Assembly: GCA_964500535.1 (NCBI GenBank)
Contig: CAZCPI010000001.1
Span: 1,777-47,050, forward strand
Length of the DNA stretch: 45,274 bases
Direction: 5' to 3'
DNA from: an uncultured Bacteroidales bacterium
GTDB taxonomy: Bacteria > Bacteroidota > Bacteroidia > Bacteroidales > UBA1402
Below are positions 41,822-45,274 of this stretch, piece by piece (position 1 is the first letter of the stretch; each line of letters begins with the position of its first letter). The notes under the pieces were generated by a model. That model was not told where the DNA came from and made no database searches. It saw only the letters and a program-made list of their open reading frames with translations. Made by a program: the position numbers and the translations under genes.

Positions 41822-43579
41822 CTATACAAATGCGCCCATCTTAAGCAAGCTGACTTCTCTATCGGTGAGATGACGCCATTTGCCGCGTGGTAGATTCTTT
41901 TTTGTCAGACCGGCAAAATATACACGGTCCAGTTTAAATACCTTATACCCGAAAGATTCAAAAATACGACGTACAACTCTGTTTTGACCTGAGTGTATTT
42001 CAATACCTATGACATTCTTTTTCTCAGCATCCACATAGCTCAGATTGTCCACCCTGACCAATTCATCGTCAAGTTTAACACCATCTTCAAATATTGTTCT
42101 GAGATCATTTTCAGTCAGGTTTCTATCAAGAGTCACCTGATAGATTTTTCGTTTTTCATACTTTGGATGAGTGAGTTTTGAGGCCAGATCACCATCATTT
42201 GTAAGCAGTAAGACACCTGTAGTGTTCCTGTCAAGTCTTCCTACAGGATATATTCTTTCATAACATGCTCCTTTCACGAGATCCATTACAGTCATTCGTT
42301 CCTGAGGATCATCAGATGTTGTAACACAATCCTTTGGTTTGTTGAGCAATATATATATTTTACGTTCAATACTAACAAGCTGATCATGAAATAAAATACT
42401 GTCAGTCGGTTTGACTTTTACTCCAAGCTCATTTACAGTCTCGCCGTTAACTTTTACGACTCCTGCCTGAATATATTCATCGGCTTCACGACGGGAACAT
42501 ATACCAGCATTCGCAAGATATTTATTGAGTCTGATGGGTACATCAGGATCAAGTGCAGGCTGATTAGAGGAACGGCCAAATGGCGTACCATGATCAAAAC
42601 CACTTTCGCGTTTAATTCTTGGTCTGCGGGGTCTGCCATCAGTTCTATCTGGTTTTGGTAAAGAAGGACCTCTGAAAAGAGAACTTTGCGATCTTTCATT
42701 ATCACCACCTCCTTCTCCAAAATCCTGGCGTTTACGTTCGAAACCACCGCCAAAAGAATTGTTATTATTGAAACGTTCTCCTGAATCGTTTCTTCTTCTT
42801 GAAAAATCGTTGTTTTCACCAAAAGAACGACGGGGACGATCAAAACTGTTTTCAGAGAATGATCTTCTTGGTCTGTCTCCATCACCTTCATTGAAGCTCC
42901 TTCTCGGACGGTCATTATTACCTTCACTGAAACTTCTCCTTGGACGATCGCTATTACCTTCAGAGAAGCTTCTTCTTGGACGATCTTCTCCTCCTTCATT
43001 AAAGCTCCTTCTCGGACGATCATTATTACCATTATTAAAACTTCTTCTTGGACGATCTTCTCCAACTTCGTTAAAGCTTCTTCTCGGACGGTCGTTATTG
43101 CCTTCTGAGAAATTTCTTCTTGGACGATCTTCACCTCCTTCATTAAAGCTCCTTTTTGGGCGATCTTCACCTCCTTCATTAAAACTTCTTCTCGGACGAT
43201 CGTTATTGCCTTCTGAAAAGTTTCTGCGTGGTCTTTCAAAACGGTTTCCTCCTTCGGAATCATCACGTCTGTATCTGTCATTTCTACCTTCTCCATAGCC
43301 CCTTCCGCCATTATTAAAATGGCTCATAAAGCTGTTTCCAGAATCAGAGGTGTCTCTTCTTGGTCTGTCAAAACTGTTTCCTGACCTCGAATTTCCATCA
43401 TTGTTATCAGAATACGATCTGCGCGGACGATCAGATGAACCAGCATATCTGCTACGGTTATCATTTTGTCTTCTCCATGGATTTTCAGAATTCGAATTTC
43501 CCTGGTTCCATTCGCCATCACGGCGGGCAGAATTTTCACCTTCCACAGGCTTATCCTGCCATTTTTCATTGTCTGTCAT
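41822..43579 (-). CDS. rluB: RluB/RsuA-family pseudouridine synthase with an N-terminal low-complexity repeat extension of about 330 aa
   Basis: S4 domain IRLNKYLANAGICSRREADEYIQAGVVKVNGE and catalytic VGRLDRNTTGVLLLTNDGDL. The N-terminus is rich in R/D/N/S/G/E. Confidence 0.85.
   Translation of the reverse strand: MTDNEKWQDKPVEGENSARRDGEWNQGNSNSENPWRRQNDNRSRYAGSSDRPRRSYSDNNDGNSRSGNSFDRPRRDTSDSGNSFMSHFNNGGRGYGEGRNDRYRRDDSEGGNRFERPRRNFSEGNNDRPRRSFNEGGEDRPKRSFNEGGEDRPRRNFSEGNNDRPRRSFNEVGEDRPRRSFNNGNNDRPRRSFNEGGEDRPRRSFSEGNSDRPRRSFSEGNNDRPRRSFNEGDGDRPRRSFSENSFDRPRRSFGENNDFSRRRNDSGERFNNNNSFGGGFERKRQDFGEGGGDNERSQSSLFRGPSLPKPDRTDGRPRRPRIKRESGFDHGTPFGRSSNQPALDPDVPIRLNKYLANAGICSRREADEYIQAGVVKVNGETVNELGVKVKPTDSILFHDQLVSIERKIYILLNKPKDCVTTSDDPQERMTVMDLVKGACYERIYPVGRLDRNTTGVLLLTNDGDLASKLTHPKYEKRKIYQVTLDRNLTENDLRTIFEDGVKLDDELVRVDNLSYVDAEKKNVIGIEIHSGQNRVVRRIFESFGYKVFKLDRVYFAGLTKKNLPRGKWRHLTDREVSLLKMGAFV
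42803..43237 (-). repeat. In-frame tandem repeat array: 36-bp (12-aa) unit, about 12 copies, consensus DRPRRSF(N/S)EG(G/N)(E/N)
   Basis: The unit-initial Asp (Glu115 in the first unit) recurs at residues 115, 127, 139 ... 247 of the rluB-like ORF, a strict 12-aa period. Units alternate between an EGGED and an EGNND subtype. Confidence 0.9.
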
Positions 43580-43614
43580 AATAATTGCAATAAAATTTGT
43601 TTGTAAAATATAAA

Positions 43615-44958
43615 TTAAATACCGGTATATGTACTTGGAGTGATTGACAACAACTCTTTTTTCACTGATTCACTCACATTAAGACCTTCAATAAAAGACC
43701 TGATCGAAAGTTCATTTATTTCTTCATTCGTTCGGGTTAAAGCTTTAAGTGCTTCATATGGATTGGGATAATTTTCACGTCTCAGGATTGTCTGGATACC
43801 TTCAGCAACAACTGCCCAGTTTTTATCGAGATCATTCATTATGGCTTTTTCGTTGAGAAGCAGCTTATCAAGACCTTTAATACTGCTCCTGAAAGCGATA
43901 AGACTGTGCGCGAAAGGCAATCCGACATTTCTTAATACAGTCGAATCAGTCAAATCTCTTTGTAATCTCGAAACCGGAAGCTTTGAAGCCAGATGCTCAA
44001 GCAAAGCATTTGCAATACCAATATTACCTTCAGAATTTTCAAAATCAATCGGATTCACTTTATGAGGCATAGCCGATGAACCGATTTCTCCTGCTTTGAT
44101 TTTTTGTTTGAAATATTCCATAGAAATATACATCCAGAAATCACGGTTCATATCCATGATGATATTATTGATACGCTTCATTCCATCAAATAAAGCAGCC
44201 AGATTGTCATAATTTGAAATCTGGGTGGTATAGGGCTCTCTTTCAAGTCCCAGTTTTTCATTAAGAAACTCTGCGGCGAAACCCTGCCAGTCAACGTCAG
44301 GATAAGCTACTTTATGAGCATTAAAATTGCCTGTTGCACCACCGAACTTAGCAGAAAAAGGTACTTGTTTCAAAAGTTCAATCTGTTGATCGAGCCTGCT
44401 GACAAAAACCATGATTTCTTTACCTAACCTTGTCGGCGAAGCCGGCTGACCGTGAGTTTTGGCCAACATTGGTATATTTCTCCAGGTTTCAGCGTAATTA
44501 TTCAACCTGGCTTTCAATTCATTTAAAGCAGGAAGATAAACATCTTCAGTTGCTTCACGGATCGAAAGTGGCACTGAAGTATTGTTGATATCCTGCGATG
44601 TAAGACCAAAATGGATAAATTCCTTAAACTCTGATACACCCAAAGTTTCAAAAGCCTCCTTAAGGAAGTATTCTACTGCTTTAACATCATGGTTTGTAAC
44701 CTTTTCAATATCCTTAATTCGCTGTGCATCTTCAAGAGAAAAATTCACATAGACATCTCTGAGATCACTGAATAAATCTTTATTGAATTCTTTCAACTGT
44801 GGTAAAGGAAGTTCGCACAGAGCAATAAAATACTCCACTTCAACTTTTACCCTGTATCTTATCAGTGCAAATTCTGAAAAATATGACGCAAGCTTCGATG
44901 CCTGAGAACGATACCGGCCGTCAACGGGCGATATTGCCGTTAAGTCATTCAACTCCAT
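43615..44958 (-). CDS. purB: Adenylosuccinate lyase
   Basis: ATG at 44958; the tracked start at 45006 is a TTG that reads through an upstream direct repeat. Contains ISPVDGRY and the signature SSAMPHKVNP. Confidence 0.93.
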   Translation of the reverse strand: MELNDLTAISPVDGRYRSQASKLASYFSEFALIRYRVKVEVEYFIALCELPLPQLKEFNKDLFSDLRDVYVNFSLEDAQRIKDIEKVTNHDVKAVEYFLKEAFETLGVSEFKEFIHFGLTSQDINNTSVPLSIREATEDVYLPALNELKARLNNYAETWRNIPMLAKTHGQPASPTRLGKEIMVFVSRLDQQIELLKQVPFSAKFGGATGNFNAHKVAYPDVDWQGFAAEFLNEKLGLEREPYTTQISNYDNLAALFDGMKRINNIIMDMNRDFWMYISMEYFKQKIKAGEIGSSAMPHKVNPIDFENSEGNIGIANALLEHLASKLPVSRLQRDLTDSTVLRNVGLPFAHSLIAFRSSIKGLDKLLLNEKAIMNDLDKNWAVVAEGIQTILRRENYPNPYEALKALTRTNEEINELSIRSFIEGLNVSESVKKELLSITPSTYTGI

Positions 44959-45143
44959 TTCTGATTGGTTTTTTTCTGATTGGTTTCTGCTTAAAGTGCT
45001 TTCCAATATGTTAACCTGTTGTTATTTAAGAACCCCGTGAGATTCACTTTTTTCATAAGCCGCAAAGTTACTATTTTTCAGTGTAATAATTGGTCTGTTT
45101 CACACAAAAAAAGATTATCAAAAAAAAATTGAAGCTAAAACCG

Positions 45144-45174
45144 CTTGCAGGATTCAAAAATACCAGTATCTTTG
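45144..45174 (+). promoter_or_regulatory. Candidate promoter of tRNA-Val
   Basis: TTG at 45145-45147, then 19 nt, then TATCTTTG (TAnnTTTG) at 45167-45174. This is about 22 nt upstream of the tRNA 5' end. Confidence 0.55.
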
Positions 45175-45196
45175 TCGCGCTTTTCAAAAAACAAGA

Positions 45197-45274
45197 GGGC
45201 GTTTAGCTCAGCTGGTTCAGAGCATCTGCCTTACAAGCAGAGGGTCGGCGGTTCGAATCCGTCAACGCCCACCA
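45197..45274 (+). tRNA. tRNA-Val (anticodon TAC), with encoded CCA
   Basis: Cloverleaf folded by hand. Acceptor GGGCGTT/AACGCCC, D-stem GCTC/GAGC, anticodon stem TCTGC/GCAGA with loop CTTACAA, T-stem GGCGG/CCGTC with loop TTCGAAT, then discriminator A and CCA. Confidence 0.93.

Noticed and set aside
42454-43311. Long ORFs in alternative frames across the rluB-like repeat region: 42759-43298 on the plus strand (179 aa, LLGRSLLPSLK repeats) and 42454-43311 on the minus strand (285 aa).
   Set aside because: They are shadow frames created by the 36-bp coding repeat. Their peptides are monotonous repeats with no start context, and the frame that continues into the S4/pseudouridine synthase domains explains the region.
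44959-45060. A possible purine or ZTP riboswitch in the purB leader, and likewise upstream of purL at 21413-21600.
   Set aside because: Reading the minus strand, I could not find the conserved cores of the purine (three-way junction with U-rich loops) or ZTP/pfl (GGGUCGUGAC...CCGCCUGGGCA-like) motifs. Only short hairpins and the direct repeat are present. A covariance-model scan (Rfam) would settle this.
45197-45274. tRNA-Val as a possible integration hotspot for a genomic island.
   Set aside because: The window ends at the tRNA 3' end. No integrase, direct repeat of the tRNA 3' half, or foreign-looking genes are visible within the window.

Overview
This is an AT-rich, densely coding chromosomal segment in which every intergenic gap is at most about 250 bp. 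It looks like Bacteroidota. The signs are two T9SS C-terminal sorting domains, a hybrid two-component sensor (propeller/Y_Y_Y/HK/REC/AraC), TAnnTTTG-type -7 promoter boxes, and the F-ATPase operon order atpD-atpC-(membrane ORF)-atpB-E-F-H-A-G.

I call 39 CDS and one tRNA-Val(TAC). Most are housekeeping genes:
- the complete F1Fo ATP synthase
- purL, purB, asnS, prfC, rnz, fabI, hemW, mpl, rfbD and corA
- a ROK glucokinase and an RluB-like pseudouridine synthase

Several modules look accessory:
- a 5'-truncated CotH / beta-helix / lamin-tail / T9SS secreted protein
- a tandem pair of small beta-barrel outer-membrane proteins
- an orphan hybrid two-component sensor
- a MarR gene followed by a TolC-HlyD-2xABC-2-permease operon that has no ATPase gene, with the same 20-bp palindrome on both sides of marR
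- a cargo-less T9SS-CTD mini-protein
- a 36-bp-period coding repeat array in the N-terminal extension of the pseudouridine synthase

I found no CRISPR array, no transposase or integrase, and no recognisable defence or toxin genes. I do not see convincing evidence for a wholly new multi-gene system. The best candidates are flagged below with moderate scores.

All product calls come from recognising motifs by eye in the supplied translations, not from database searches. Several tracked ORF starts are TTG extensions and were trimmed to the first in-frame ATG.
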